Counted from the stretch's first letter, positions 52,701 to 60,450 are shown. The stretch is DNA of 64,000 nucleotides from Bacteroidia bacterium (GCA_014376805.1 JACMQU010000117.1:11940-75939), one strand, 5' to 3'. Numbers and translations: made by a program. Notes: a model not told the origin generated them from the letters alone.

Positions 52701-52861
52701 ATGATATAATGGGCAAAGTGGTTTATACAGAGTTAAAGCAAGTAAGTAAAGGAATTAGCAATTTTACCATTGATAAATTTGCCGGATTCCCCGCTGGTTT
52801 ATACATAGTAAAATTGTCGGTAAGCCAAATAGTGATTACACAAAAACTGATCAAACATTAA
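40754..52861 (+). CDS. Giant T9SS-secreted surface protein: GEVED domain, six beta-helix/CARDB-like modules, type A CTD
   Basis: YRMRI..GEIEDY (GEVED), repeated L/MSGxYTIN...TNF, GxYxEQ, Asn-rich beta-helix ladders, PD(L/I)GAYE, PLPV, VYPNP...GLYIV..KLIK. Confidence 0.9.
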   Translation: MNTKHLHLSTKGSTVKNLFKTTDKRELKLKFNISAKGLLLFCFYMLSLSIYIEVHAQCYTSTSYCVPVVTNINNYNIGIQNVTLGSTINNSSVATGNSPYYFDYTTQSVTSAAAATISGSVTNGSSNSTGARIFIDYNQDGIYSTSAPELVWTSPTTTPNAIVALSFTIPVSQPVGVYRMRITGDLGGQAANPCTLGYGEIEDYTLLIPSGSVDVINGGYTSPNYFVNGNNTIGFSFKNISGTTITSATIGYQLGSNIPITQILTGLTIGAGASFTASFTTPLNISATGSYNLKTWVSNPNSATNITPGNDTICRTFVTYCSAALSGTYTINPAGSGTTNFTRFGAADSALLSCGVLGPVTFNVAAGTYNEQILFGTVPGVSAVNTITFDGGTGGASTHIISYNFPGTPINYGVIHLNGSDYFIFKNLTFQSTSTNYGYGVLLSNAADNNIIDNCTIDLGTITNGSASNSAGINFSSSFTGTSSSANHGNNNIIRNCQIIGSASGGPYRGINLYSNSSATGSNVNNQFINNNITNFFESGIYMYYYLDGTVIRGNNISRPDRTSSGTVYGINASFYFTNTIIEGNKIFNPFGGALTSGNGFYGIAVQYGYISGGTNVIRNNAIFNINGNGTDYGIYDYYNYAGMSIYNNTISLDYATPKTNANPDYGIYLYYGSNGSRDLRNNIVTMRRGGTANASRFGLYLSDYYSGLVSNYNLYLVNAPLAGNIPFYQAGINYQSLAAWKASNSNQFDQNSVSFDPIYNNIVSNVTPTSCGVNNLGTPLTGVTTDISGTARGSIPDLGAYEFTTATGLNNGSLIGLDAATSLLCAGGVNAIVTLKNEGTGNITSAKLDWTVNSVAQTQYVWSGNLAPGASINVNIGIATFTANSVNTLNVYITQTNGSPDACFLNDTAKLSGTSSMSGNYTIDAAGSGLTNFTSFTAAVTALITRGVCGPVTMNAVAGTYNQQINITSIAGSSALNTITFTGAGSATVLTYSATTFGSPHTIRFDNAQWIRFKNISVIGTGVNYSWPVHIYNNSSNIQIRNCIISSTASLNIQTNTNFCGVAITNATTSLSGSMASFNIDIDSNVIQNNWYGISMYGSFTAGINLNIYMRNNKIDSAGFYGINAYYLSNVKINNNAINMRMGNGASTTSTAISLNNCLSTSSDNIQVNRNKIINSAQFGIYLSTSGGSSTTQRCQLINNAIGGGFTNAASTGIYFTSANYWDVWHNSVNIDNAATGISQAIYLAGSGSTYNDIRNNNFSITHINASGAIAFRSVSGATTNVLNYNNYYKEGAGSGTTLIVVSGSNYTPLNYNTATSGGTGSFNNNSNFTFSTNLLPTFSAGKGFLLSQVSTDITDFVRNNPPDLGAYELSSNSVIDAGLITLISPDTTLSLGSQNVSVVVRNFGSTTITSFRIRHTVNGLNLQDTLVTGISLAQNSSITVNMGISKQAVFAIAANTFKVYLHLPNGSNDNNQLNDTISIGPRFPAMSGVFTINPVGSGANNFISFTNAVTALNGGGVSGPVKFNVSAATYTEQIDITGISGSSAINTVTFDGGAGNAASRFLQYTAPLVTDAHTVRFTGSSYVTFRNITIKALGTSYGLAVHFMGAASFINIQKCSLIVATSTNQSVRPVQLNNSNNSLNGGQCGGTSGAVHDISIDSNYISGGYEGVYLTSNYTVLSSTPLFNFRWNIMENMYNYAFNIAQTSGYNIQSNLIKLSAGNSNSSGIYHCNGGGGSPKIYIVGNTLENIGNNGVQFLTANIPAGSIIATNYFKPTFSSAAPAAIVMTYTSGLLVYHNTILMNIAGGNGITVQGISGYTGNDVRNNLIILQSPVATGLGLSFETGELAVCNTNTIVKSNPVSADVARINGVNYQNSNFIGGGGFNTNSFTDNPILVSIADPRPNSVCQKGVPITFAIPGFGNISRDILGIIRNNPPQVGAAEPAGGFSIDANLVSFISPVSYPVVPGAQDVKVVVKNAGNTSLTSYSVSVTLGAVTRTIVRSAVSLITCAVDTVVFTGANQLTLISGVNVITARVSSPNGGTDFNPANDTLSRIFVTPLNGTYTINSGAAVSATNFQSVVDFAYSLNNGGMSGAVVANVVTGSGPYTGQVEFRRTTGMSVVNTVTINGNNNIIQASPDATNCYIIFLNGADYMRFNNLTIRTLNVSYGIGYLFQNRADSNIIDNNTIDFGNILTNSTAFIAFSASTNSPTGTGGTYNGINNVIKNCTMLGNGTGGPTYGITVMGGTTDYTSTTLAQYNQFINNDMRDPSQFGFYINFGNRNLIKGNKISMPTRTTLTSFYGIYSSTNYIGDTIDGNQIFDIYKSVPTNTSQFYGMYNTSAAFGNSAYPQLIRNNIIYNIKGQGGHYGFYNANSYYYNLYHNTVVLDDPSTTTNASYAYYLSAFSTTYNSSVKNNIFYINRGGTGVKYCIYIPSAFTPSGTFTINNNAFYVNNNSVSGYVGYYAANFPTLTNWKTANSSAFDQLSVFANPNFRTYIAANYFQPANDTLNNIGSNLQSIVPVDITGLPRSNTPDPGIYEFSLPSVDVGLTRITAPVSPISVGFQNVNVTVKNFSPTPLTSTTVGWSVNDTVQTPNIWSGYLVNGDSNSFTVGGNNFTYSGLYKIKAWSSLPNNIMDSFTYNDTVIATVCTPLSGTLTVNATLPATSTNFQSITALAQLLQLCGITGAVQVNIAPGTYNGQVTFNNIPGSSATNTITFAGGDSAICNITHNGTVQRATLLLNGAKNLVFRNITFDATGSASATAVQLINSADSNTFVRCTFRTPVTTSGSVNSFVASGSLITALAAGNSANYLLVDSCTSTGGYYGMVLYGNTSPKGIANIIRNSTITNSYNYGVYLNNQNSVQVIKNNINNTGLVQNNTFPFGLSLLFCDNANKIIGNSISGTLGGYGIYLSQTLGTSTIRTVIANNMIQIGAGVNVTYGIYETSNAYTDIVFNTVKLNTAESGYTGAALYTNASSPSVFNNVNIVNNIFLSPFGSLAVYTVTPANLGTASYTIDNNVYYSTATYPFRGANTIFGSLANYRAAGINSLGSYIPSNNSHSQYFMPTFFSAANLRSISTNLNDSGVAVASILTDIDGSARSSTPDIGILEFSQPANDAGAVAILTPVQPLIPGLSDIYVLITNFGTSSLTSVNVTYQIDTAIRTLTYSGTILPGASDTARFNSISGLGGTSQRYNFLGGLKVIRAWTSMPNASTDSITINDTTQTTICGALGGAYTINPLGSGSTNFVSIQAAVDKLICGGVYAPVIFNIASGTYNGQITIPVITGTNATNTILFKSANNNATSVMITSNTSGLTSNYTLNAVGLQYVTFRYLSFQNLNTSYSRVVSINKFTAANTNSSELEFRDCIFNGQAINNTADQYCIIYGPTGEFATNLRFINNTFNNGSSAIVLGGQNIVNNFTPGLTVDSCTFMNQYYAALFLTNRGANSIRQNIINLSAAYTGAIGIYLAGSQNESFILRNNIQNPSGNFGIYLVNHAYYAATGILNIAHNVINMQSSSATEYGVYIVSSSQISCYNNTIRTNASSSFGFYVSGNPSFVNGTTFPATNNLKFFNNLIVLTGGVPLFLDLLAKAGTNLNDYNLYYTSGTNMATLAGVNYSTIQSIRNVIYMGSDANSLNRNVAFTSATNLRPDTTSANAWNVNGRGNFNNSISYTAYDITGRSKSNTVETGVPDIGAYEITPSSMPFPITITGSIGYGNTQFIVEDADTLGNVLWGFTGTLPSTVAARYFPGSLISNPAAYRILFPAKYLDMHYRIDATGGSSYTYDVNWKYKPNMLGTVTSESAIKFAKRDTGATGVWSYFSFSTVLDTLNKYVGATNLTSMSDFTGTDDISPLPVILNGFNALRTKDNAELFWQTASEINSNKFIIERSEKISEGFVKIAEIKAAGNSKLIRNYEYTDVNAAKFFSDKTVYYRLKIVDRDGSFDYSTIKSVFFGDTESATLQVYPNPFISELTLQVNVLENTSANILIYDIMGKVVYTELKQVSKGISNFTIDKFAGFPAGLYIVKLSVSQIVITQKLIKH

Positions 52862-52878
52862 TTGTTAAATTTAGTTTG

Positions 52879-52909
52879 AAAAAGCCTCTGCATTTGTAGG
52901 GGCTTTTTT
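52879..52909 (+). terminator. Rho-independent (bidirectional-type) terminator
   Basis: AAAAGCCTCTGC-ATTT-GTAGGGGCTTTTT directly after the giant gene. Confidence 0.8.
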
Positions 52910-53086
52910 GATTTGCATTGTACAACGGTAAAATCAAACAGATATGAAATGATATTGAAAATGTGTGTTGATTTTTTAGAAAAACTCTTCTATGGTTAAA
53001 TCCTAATTTAGTTTTTTTTTGCAAATATCATTTATTTGGTGTTTAGTGACTAATTTTGAATTAATGAATACATTAATTACAAAATC

Positions 53087-53470
53087 ATGAACAGAGAAAT
53101 TTTCTTAAAAGTAATAACTTTGGGAATTACATCGCCGGTTATTTTATTAAGTGCTTGTGGGGATAATACATCAAAATCACCAATTGGTACAACATCGCTT
53201 GATACTTCCTCTTCAGATGCAATGCTTCCTTCATCTAATAATTCCGGAACTCCATCTAACTGTAATGATATAAGTGGTTTAAGCAATACCGATCTTGCAC
53301 CCCGGTTAGCACTAGCGTATATTCCTGTTTCAATTGAGCCTGATAAAAATTGTGGTAATTGTCGTTTTATCAAACTGGTGTCTGAACCAAATGGCTGTGC
53401 GGGTTGCCAGTTATTTAAAGGTCCGGTTAACACGATAGGATATTGCAAATCATGGTTCATAAAAGGATAG
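53087..53470 (+). CDS. High-potential iron-sulfur protein (HiPIP)-type lipoprotein
   Basis: Lipobox LLSAC, R.AL.Y, CxxC..C..GC..F..V...G.C..W pattern (NCGNCRF...GCQLFKGPVNTIGYCKSW). TAATTTTG promoter box at 53051. Confidence 0.8.
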   Translation: MNREIFLKVITLGITSPVILLSACGDNTSKSPIGTTSLDTSSSDAMLPSSNNSGTPSNCNDISGLSNTDLAPRLALAYIPVSIEPDKNCGNCRFIKLVSEPNGCAGCQLFKGPVNTIGYCKSWFIKG

Positions 53471-53738
53471 AAGGTGAGTTGTAGATTTGCTGCAAATTTA
53501 TTAAGATACATGATGATAAAGTGACTTGCTATTAAACCGCCAGGTAGCATTGTTGAAATGGAATAAAAAGCCGGATTAAAATTGTATCGCAGTTGTGAGA
53601 TATGATTATTGATAACGTGCAGTTTGTTTTTGTGCATACAGATTGAAATTTAATAGCCGTGTCATATTTAAGTAAGGAAGCAGACAGAAGGCAATTTGAG
53701 GAATACAGGAAGAGTTAACAGGGTATAAAAATAAAACT

Positions 53739-54542
53739 ATGAACCTGTTTAACACTTTCAAAAATAACCTCGATGAGGTTGTTTTTGAACAACGTAACAA
53801 AGCATATGGAGCTTATGCAATTCGTAAAGCCTATCCGGATCATGTTAACAGGAGCATGTTGCTTACTTTAGCACCCATGCTATTTATTGTGGCAGGAAGT
53901 ATTCTCTGGAATTATATACGACCTGTTCCTCCACATTTATTAAATGCACTTTCACCAAACGGTCTTGTTAAACCATTTGATGAACGCCTTGTTGTATTAA
54001 CAGATTTTATATTTAAAATGCCCGCAAAGGCAAGTTCTGTTCCTGTTTATCAGATCAAAAAAGATAATCTTGTTCACCCTAAAATTGAAAGGTCTTATCC
54101 ACTGAAAACAAGAGCTGGAATTGATAATGGCGAGCAAGCAGGGATATTAATAACGGGAATGCCTGGTATTGGTGCATTACCCAACCTTCCCGGAGGAGAG
54201 CATCTTGTAAGGGAACTAACTTTTTCTGTTGTAAATTATGTAGAGAATATGCCAGAGTATCCGGGCGGACAAGATGAAATGTTTGAATTTATCAGGCAAA
54301 ATATTCAATATCCTAAATATGCATTGGAGAATAATGTGGGTGGAAAGATTTTGCTTTCTTTTGTTATTATGCCCGATGGAAGTATTCAAATGGCAAAAAT
54401 TGAAAAAGGTATCGGCTTTGGATGTGATGATGAAGCCTTACGTGTGTTGAAAGCTATGCCATTATGGATAGCTGGTTCGCAAAACGGAAATAAGGTTGCC
54501 GTACGATTGATATTGCCTATAAAATTTCAGACACCATATTAA
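53739..54542 (+). CDS. tonB: Energy transducer TonB
   Basis: FEQRNKAYGAY, TM helix, MPEYPGG, YPKYA..GG..F.I..DG, DEALRV C-terminal domain. Confidence 0.9.
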   Translation: MNLFNTFKNNLDEVVFEQRNKAYGAYAIRKAYPDHVNRSMLLTLAPMLFIVAGSILWNYIRPVPPHLLNALSPNGLVKPFDERLVVLTDFIFKMPAKASSVPVYQIKKDNLVHPKIERSYPLKTRAGIDNGEQAGILITGMPGIGALPNLPGGEHLVRELTFSVVNYVENMPEYPGGQDEMFEFIRQNIQYPKYALENNVGGKILLSFVIMPDGSIQMAKIEKGIGFGCDDEALRVLKAMPLWIAGSQNGNKVAVRLILPIKFQTPY

Positions 54543-54678
54543 AATACTGTTTAAGCTAATTATATTTTGACCAAAGAAATTGGTTTAAGATAATTCCATT
54601 TACTACAGTTTTATGAAAAATGGTTTTATCTTTTAAAGGGGTGTAAATAATAGCTATAAAACATACTTTGCTTTTCGG

Positions 54679-56760
54679 TTAATAGTTAAACACTTCAAAA
54701 TTTTTCCATTCGTTTAGCGGTGGATTAATAGAGAAAGATAAACTATGATTAATATAATGTTGAAGTACGCCATCATATAAATTGCTATGCTTCAGTTTTT
54801 CAAATATTACAGAAGCTTCCAAAAACTTTTGTTCATAAAAATAAAGTATGGCTTTGTCAAAATCTTCGAGCAATTCCAACTCATATTGATGATTTAAAAA
54901 AACCTTATATAATTTAGTAGAAATAGATTTTCCTTTAACTTTTACCTCACCAATAAATCTTATGTAAATGCTTATTGAAGGGTCAAGTTTTTTATAGGTT
55001 TCTTCACTGATAATGACAGCGGTTTTATAAAATTTTGTAAGGGATTCAATTCTTGCTGCTAAATTTACTGCATCGGCAATAACGGTTGTATCCATGCGCA
55101 GTGGTTCACCCACTGTTCCCAAAATACAAATGCCTGTATGCAATCCAATCCCAATTTCAATTGAGGGCTTTCCATGGTGTATGTTCTCTGCATTAAATGC
55201 ATCCAGTGCCATCATCATTGATCTTGCCGCAAGTACCGCATCACTGGCATTATCAGGAAATATGGCCATGATTCCGTCTCCCATGTATTTATCAATGAAC
55301 CCACCATGCTTAGTTATTACAGGTGCCATTTTTTGCAGGTAGTCATTAATGAATCCAAACGCACCGGCCGGACTAAGAGATTCGGAAATTGTTGTGAATG
55401 ATCGGATATCACTGAACATAATAGTCATTTCGCGTTCCGCATTATTCCCCAGGCTTACCTCGATAATGTTTTTTTTATTAAGTAGCCGGACAAAATCAGT
55501 AGGCACAAACCGGGATAAAGACTGGTTCAATTCATTTAAATTGAGCGATAGTTTAATGATCTTTCTATGATCGCGGGCACTCTTAAATGCAAGGAATAAT
55601 CCCTGACAGATAATAAAGCCAACTATTCCGAAAATGATATAGTTATCTGTATTAATAATATTTTGTACATGCAGAATATCATTTACCAGTGCAGCCATAA
55701 AAATAAGAAATCCTGCAAAAATTATCTTACCGCCTTCCTCATTTTTTCTGAGGGCTTTTCTGAGTCCGTTTATTACTATAATAATATAGGCAAGTAATAT
55801 TATATGATAAAAATCGAGGGTATAGCTAAACGTACCTGTATCTGTAAATAATATAAGCAGGATTAATGCCAATGAAATAGAAATAGAAACGATTTTAGAA
55901 ATTCTTTTATATTGCCGGGGAAAAGAGCGGTAGAAAAAAATATAAAATAAAGGAAGACTTAAATAAAGGGCAATGTATTCAATTTTGTTTCCAAGGTTCC
56001 AGTCAAAGTCCTTAAAGAAATAATAAATTGTTCTTGTTCTGAATACCAGAAAGATGAATATGTCAAAACTAAACAGGCCAAAGTTTAATGCAGGCAAATC
56101 TTTGTTATTTAATAAATACAGAACTATATGATAAAGTCCCATAATAAAAATGATGCCTAAGCAAAAATAGTTCCTTAACGATTCCCGTTCATGTTGTAAA
56201 TTTATTTGGTCTGTTTTAATTAAACTGACATAGTTTTTTATTCCGCCTTTATGTTGGTTAAAATTAGCAACCTCGATTACAATTTCATAAAAGTTGGTAT
56301 CACTACGCAGTATAATTGTAGATTTTTCATATATAGGTTTAACCAGCGTGGCCAGTGTATCTGTTATACCGGTTGCATTTCTCAGTTCATTATTGATCCA
56401 TATTTTATAACTGCTTGCAACATCCTGAATCATCAAGGTAAAAAATGCTGAACTTTCTATACGAAGATGCAACCGATAAGAGCCATAACCATATCCATCA
56501 ACTCCTTTTTTATTACCTACATAATTATTCCAACTCCCGGGCACTTTAAGGAGAATAGGATCAGACAATATTTTTTGCGGATAAGTTTTGATTAGTTGTC
56601 CTTCAAAAAACTCCCACTCACCATTTAGTTTAATCATTGCCTCTTTACTAATATCACTGTCTTTAAGATAGAGCTCACCTTTAATTACCACAGGGGTAGT
56701 AGCCTTGATAAAAAAGGGAGTGCCGGAAAGAAGTAGAATAAGAAAACATAAGGTCCTCAT
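54679..56760 (-). CDS. 7TM-DISM sensor-linked class III adenylate cyclase
   Basis: LNGEWEF..VPGSW..GYGSYRL extracellular domain, seven TM helices, MFSDIRSFT, DKYMGD, IGIGLHTG, DAVNLAARIE. Confidence 0.9.
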   Translation of the reverse strand: MRTLCFLILLLSGTPFFIKATTPVVIKGELYLKDSDISKEAMIKLNGEWEFFEGQLIKTYPQKILSDPILLKVPGSWNNYVGNKKGVDGYGYGSYRLHLRIESSAFFTLMIQDVASSYKIWINNELRNATGITDTLATLVKPIYEKSTIILRSDTNFYEIVIEVANFNQHKGGIKNYVSLIKTDQINLQHERESLRNYFCLGIIFIMGLYHIVLYLLNNKDLPALNFGLFSFDIFIFLVFRTRTIYYFFKDFDWNLGNKIEYIALYLSLPLFYIFFYRSFPRQYKRISKIVSISISLALILLILFTDTGTFSYTLDFYHIILLAYIIIVINGLRKALRKNEEGGKIIFAGFLIFMAALVNDILHVQNIINTDNYIIFGIVGFIICQGLFLAFKSARDHRKIIKLSLNLNELNQSLSRFVPTDFVRLLNKKNIIEVSLGNNAEREMTIMFSDIRSFTTISESLSPAGAFGFINDYLQKMAPVITKHGGFIDKYMGDGIMAIFPDNASDAVLAARSMMMALDAFNAENIHHGKPSIEIGIGLHTGICILGTVGEPLRMDTTVIADAVNLAARIESLTKFYKTAVIISEETYKKLDPSISIYIRFIGEVKVKGKSISTKLYKVFLNHQYELELLEDFDKAILYFYEQKFLEASVIFEKLKHSNLYDGVLQHYINHSLSFSINPPLNEWKNFEVFNY

Positions 56761-56925
56761 TATAAAAAAAGATATTAGGGGTAAAAGTAAATTTTGCGAT
56801 GATGATTACTAATTATTTAATCTGTTTATTTTGCAAAAGGAGATGTTTTTATTTTGCATCCAATGCAAAAAGCAGCATCTTTTTACATGAATAGATTTTG
56901 GAATTTTGTTTGTTATCTTGCGCAC

Positions 56926-59772
56926 ATGTCGGAAAAAAAATTATTTTTATTAGATGGGATGGCTCTGGTTTACCGCGCTTATTTTGCGTTCAGCCAAAAC
57001 CCGCGTGTAACGAGCTATGGCTTTAATACTTCTGCGGTTTTTGGATATGTTACCACCTTGCTTGATGTACTTAAAAGAGAAAAACCAACACATATAGGCG
57101 TTTCATTTGACACCTCTGAACCAACAGCCAGACATATAGAATTTGAGGCCTATAAGGCACACCGGGAGGAAATGCCTGAGGATATTAGTAAAGCGTTACC
57201 TTATATCAGAAAGATTACAGAAGCATTGCATATTCCATTACTGATAATGCCGGGATATGAAGCAGATGATATAATAGGCACCTTAGCCAAAAAAGCAGCG
57301 GCGCAAGGATTTACCGTTTACATGATGACACCAGATAAAGATTTTGGACAGTTGGTGGAAGAAAAGATTTTCATCTATAAGCCAGCGCGTTTGGGTAACG
57401 AAATTGAGATTATGGGGGTGCCCGAAGTTTTGAAAAAATGGGAGATTACGGATGTTAAACAAGTGATTGATATTTTGGGTTTATGGGGTGATGCGGTAGA
57501 TAACATTCCGGGGGTTCCCGGAGTGGGTGAAAAAACCGCAAAATTATTGGTTCAGAAATACGGTAGTATGGAAAATTTATATGAGCATACCCATGAGTTA
57601 AAAGGAAAGCAAAAAGAAAATGTTGAGAATAACCGGGATCAGGCATTCCTTTCAAAACGATTGGCCACTATAGATTTGAACGTACCTGTTGAATTTGATG
57701 AACGAAGCTTATTACTCGATCCTCCGGATAAGGAAGCCACAGAAAAAATATTTATAGAACTGGAGTTCAAAACTTTGCTTAAAAGGGTGTTTGGTGAGCC
57801 AGTTCAGGCTACGGCACAAGCTTCCTTTAATCAAGCTCCGGCAGGTTATGATCTTTTTAACCAAGGTGCTGCTACAGTATCTGCTGTAGTAACTTCCATC
57901 TCTGAACAAACAAATTTGGTTGATCCGTTAAGTGAAGAAACGCCTGCTCCTATGCTTACCATACATACAGTTGACCATACCTATGAATTAATAGATACCC
58001 CCGAAAAACGGGCTAAATTATTAAGTGTTTTATTGGAACAAACGGAGATATGTTTTGATACCGAAACATCGCAACTGGAAAGTACAGAAGCGGATATAGT
58101 GGGACTCTCATTTGCTTATGAAGCCACGCATGCTTTTTATATTCCATTTCCGCAAACTTTTGATGAAGCATCTGCTATATTAAATGAATTCAGGCCATTA
58201 TTTGAGCACGAGGGAATAACTAAGATAGGACAGAATATTAAGTATGATTTAAACATTATTAAAAACTATGGATTAACTTTAAAAGGGCCGATATTTGATA
58301 CTATGCTTGCTCATTATATTATTGAGCCAGACTTAAGGCATGGCATGGATTTTTTATCCGGCATTTACCTTAATTATGAGCCGGTAAGTATTGAAACACT
58401 GATAGGCAAAAGAGGCAAAAATCAGTTGAGTATGCGTGATGTACCTGTTGAAAAAATAAAGGAATATGCCGCTGAAGATGCTGATATTACCTGGCAGCTC
58501 AAACAAAAACTTTTACCGGAACTGAAAGAAAAAAACGGAGACGATCTTTTATATAAACTTGAATTGCCTTTAATTGATGTATTAAGTGATATGGAAATGG
58601 CGGGCATCAGAATTAATGAACCTTTTTTAAATGATTATTCGAAAGAGTTAGAAATTGAATTAGTAGCACTTGAAAAAAAAATTCTGGAATTAGCCGGTGT
58701 TAAATTTAATATTTCGTCGCCAAAGCAATTAGGTGAAGTTTTATTTGACCACTTAAAACTTGATCCAAAAGCTAAAAAAACAAAAACCGGACAATACCAG
58801 ACTGGTGAAGATGTTTTATTAAATCTAAGCGGGCATGAAATAATAGGTTGCATTTTACAAGTAAGACAGTTCCAGAAATTAAAGTCAACGTATGTTGATG
58901 CCTTGCCAGCGATAATTAATAAAAAGACAGGGCGGGTGCATACTTCTTTTAACCAGGCGGTAGCCGCTACCGGGCGTTTAAGCTCAACCAGTCCTAATTT
59001 ACAAAATATTCCTATTCGTACAGATAAAGGTAAAGAAGTACGCAAGGCTTTTATACCGCGTGATGAAAACTATGTCTTATTAAGCGCAGATTATTCGCAG
59101 ATTGAGTTAAGAATTATCGCATCCATTGCCAGAGAAGATGCCATGATAGAAGCCTTTAAAAGTGACCTGGATATACATGCTGCTACTGCTGCCAAAGTTT
59201 ATGGTAAAAAATTAGAAGATGTAAGCAGTGATGAAAGAAGAAATGCAAAAGCTGTTAATTTCGGCATTATTTATGGCCAGTCTGCTTTTGGACTAAGCCA
59301 GAGTTTAGGTATTTCACGTAAGGAAGCGGCACAGATTATAGAAGAATATTTTAAGCAATATCCACGCATTAAAAACTATATGAATGATACCATAAATTTT
59401 GCAAAAGAGAATGGATATGTTGAAACCTTATTAGGACGAAGAAGGTATTTGAGGGATATTAATTCTGCTAACTTTACTGTAAGGGGGTTTGCAGAACGAA
59501 ATGCCATTAATGCGCCAATACAGGGCAGTGCGGCTGATATGATAAAAGTGGCGATGATTAATATTCATAAACAAATAAAAGATGCTGCCAATGGGATCAC
59601 GCGTTCAAAAATGGTTTTACAGGTTCATGATGAATTATTATTTGATGCGCACAAAGATGAAGTGGATGTTTTAAAAAAACTGGTAGTACAAACAATGGAA
59701 ACTGCCATGCCTTTATTGGTACCTGTTAAGGCGGAGGCAGGTATAGGGAATAACTGGCTGGAAGCACATTAA
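56926..59772 (+). CDS. polA: DNA polymerase I
   Basis: LLDGMAL.YRAY, EADDIIGT, DAVDNIPGV, FDTET, PNLQNIP, ADYSQIELR, AKAVNFG, QVHDEL. Start MSEKK at 56926. Confidence 0.97.
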   Translation: MSEKKLFLLDGMALVYRAYFAFSQNPRVTSYGFNTSAVFGYVTTLLDVLKREKPTHIGVSFDTSEPTARHIEFEAYKAHREEMPEDISKALPYIRKITEALHIPLLIMPGYEADDIIGTLAKKAAAQGFTVYMMTPDKDFGQLVEEKIFIYKPARLGNEIEIMGVPEVLKKWEITDVKQVIDILGLWGDAVDNIPGVPGVGEKTAKLLVQKYGSMENLYEHTHELKGKQKENVENNRDQAFLSKRLATIDLNVPVEFDERSLLLDPPDKEATEKIFIELEFKTLLKRVFGEPVQATAQASFNQAPAGYDLFNQGAATVSAVVTSISEQTNLVDPLSEETPAPMLTIHTVDHTYELIDTPEKRAKLLSVLLEQTEICFDTETSQLESTEADIVGLSFAYEATHAFYIPFPQTFDEASAILNEFRPLFEHEGITKIGQNIKYDLNIIKNYGLTLKGPIFDTMLAHYIIEPDLRHGMDFLSGIYLNYEPVSIETLIGKRGKNQLSMRDVPVEKIKEYAAEDADITWQLKQKLLPELKEKNGDDLLYKLELPLIDVLSDMEMAGIRINEPFLNDYSKELEIELVALEKKILELAGVKFNISSPKQLGEVLFDHLKLDPKAKKTKTGQYQTGEDVLLNLSGHEIIGCILQVRQFQKLKSTYVDALPAIINKKTGRVHTSFNQAVAATGRLSSTSPNLQNIPIRTDKGKEVRKAFIPRDENYVLLSADYSQIELRIIASIAREDAMIEAFKSDLDIHAATAAKVYGKKLEDVSSDERRNAKAVNFGIIYGQSAFGLSQSLGISRKEAAQIIEEYFKQYPRIKNYMNDTINFAKENGYVETLLGRRRYLRDINSANFTVRGFAERNAINAPIQGSAADMIKVAMINIHKQIKDAANGITRSKMVLQVHDELLFDAHKDEVDVLKKLVVQTMETAMPLLVPVKAEAGIGNNWLEAH

Positions 59773-59919
59773 AATAAATACGCAGTTTTTTTTTAACTTA
59801 CATTTTGTGAGGATTAAGCCATGAAGATATAAAGATGAAGTAATAAACTTCCGGAAAAATTATCCCGGGTGTTAATTCAAATACAATCTCTAAAACAAGA
59901 AGTATAAATAGAATAAGGA

Positions 59920-60450
59920 ATGAAAAATATATTAATCACAAGCATTTTAGTGTTTGTTATGGCATGCTCCGGTGAACCGGGAAACAATACCGCATCAGAA
60001 CGGGTAAAAGTTATAAAAGAACAGGCTTCTGCAATGGGAGGGATTTTAGTAAGGAAAGACTATAGCGCTTTTGTAAAATGTACCTACCCTAAAATTGTAG
60101 AATTGATGGGTGGTGAAAAAAAAATGATAGACATAATGGAAAAAGGTGCCATGGAAATGGAAAAGGAAGGCAGTGCTTTTCTTGAAACTAAAATAGGGGA
60201 GCCTTCTGTTGTAATTAAAGCCGGCAATCAACTTCAATGTACCGTGCCAATTACACTGGAGATGAAAGTTCCTCATGGCCATTTAACAAACCATTCCACA
60301 TTGATCGCAATTTCTGAAGACGATGGGAAATCCTGGTATTTCGTGGATAATTCAGGTAAAAGTCTGGAAGTAATGAGAAAAGTTTTACCCGAGCTAAGTG
60401 CGCAGTTAATTATTCCGGAAAAACAGGAGCCCCGGTTTTATAAAGACTAA
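59920..60450 (+). CDS. Hypothetical lipoprotein
   Basis: Lipobox VMAC; SEDDGKSWYF motif. Confidence 0.75.
   Translation: MKNILITSILVFVMACSGEPGNNTASERVKVIKEQASAMGGILVRKDYSAFVKCTYPKIVELMGGEKKMIDIMEKGAMEMEKEGSAFLETKIGEPSVVIKAGNQLQCTVPITLEMKVPHGHLTNHSTLIAISEDDGKSWYFVDNSGKSLEVMRKVLPELSAQLIIPEKQEPRFYKD

Noticed and set aside
53077-53637. 186-aa minus-strand ORF
   Set aside because: Antisense to the HiPIP lipoprotein, which has the convincing motifs and promoter.
53471-53738. Possible riboswitch upstream of tonB
   Set aside because: No cobalamin, TPP, FMN or SAM consensus elements recognised.
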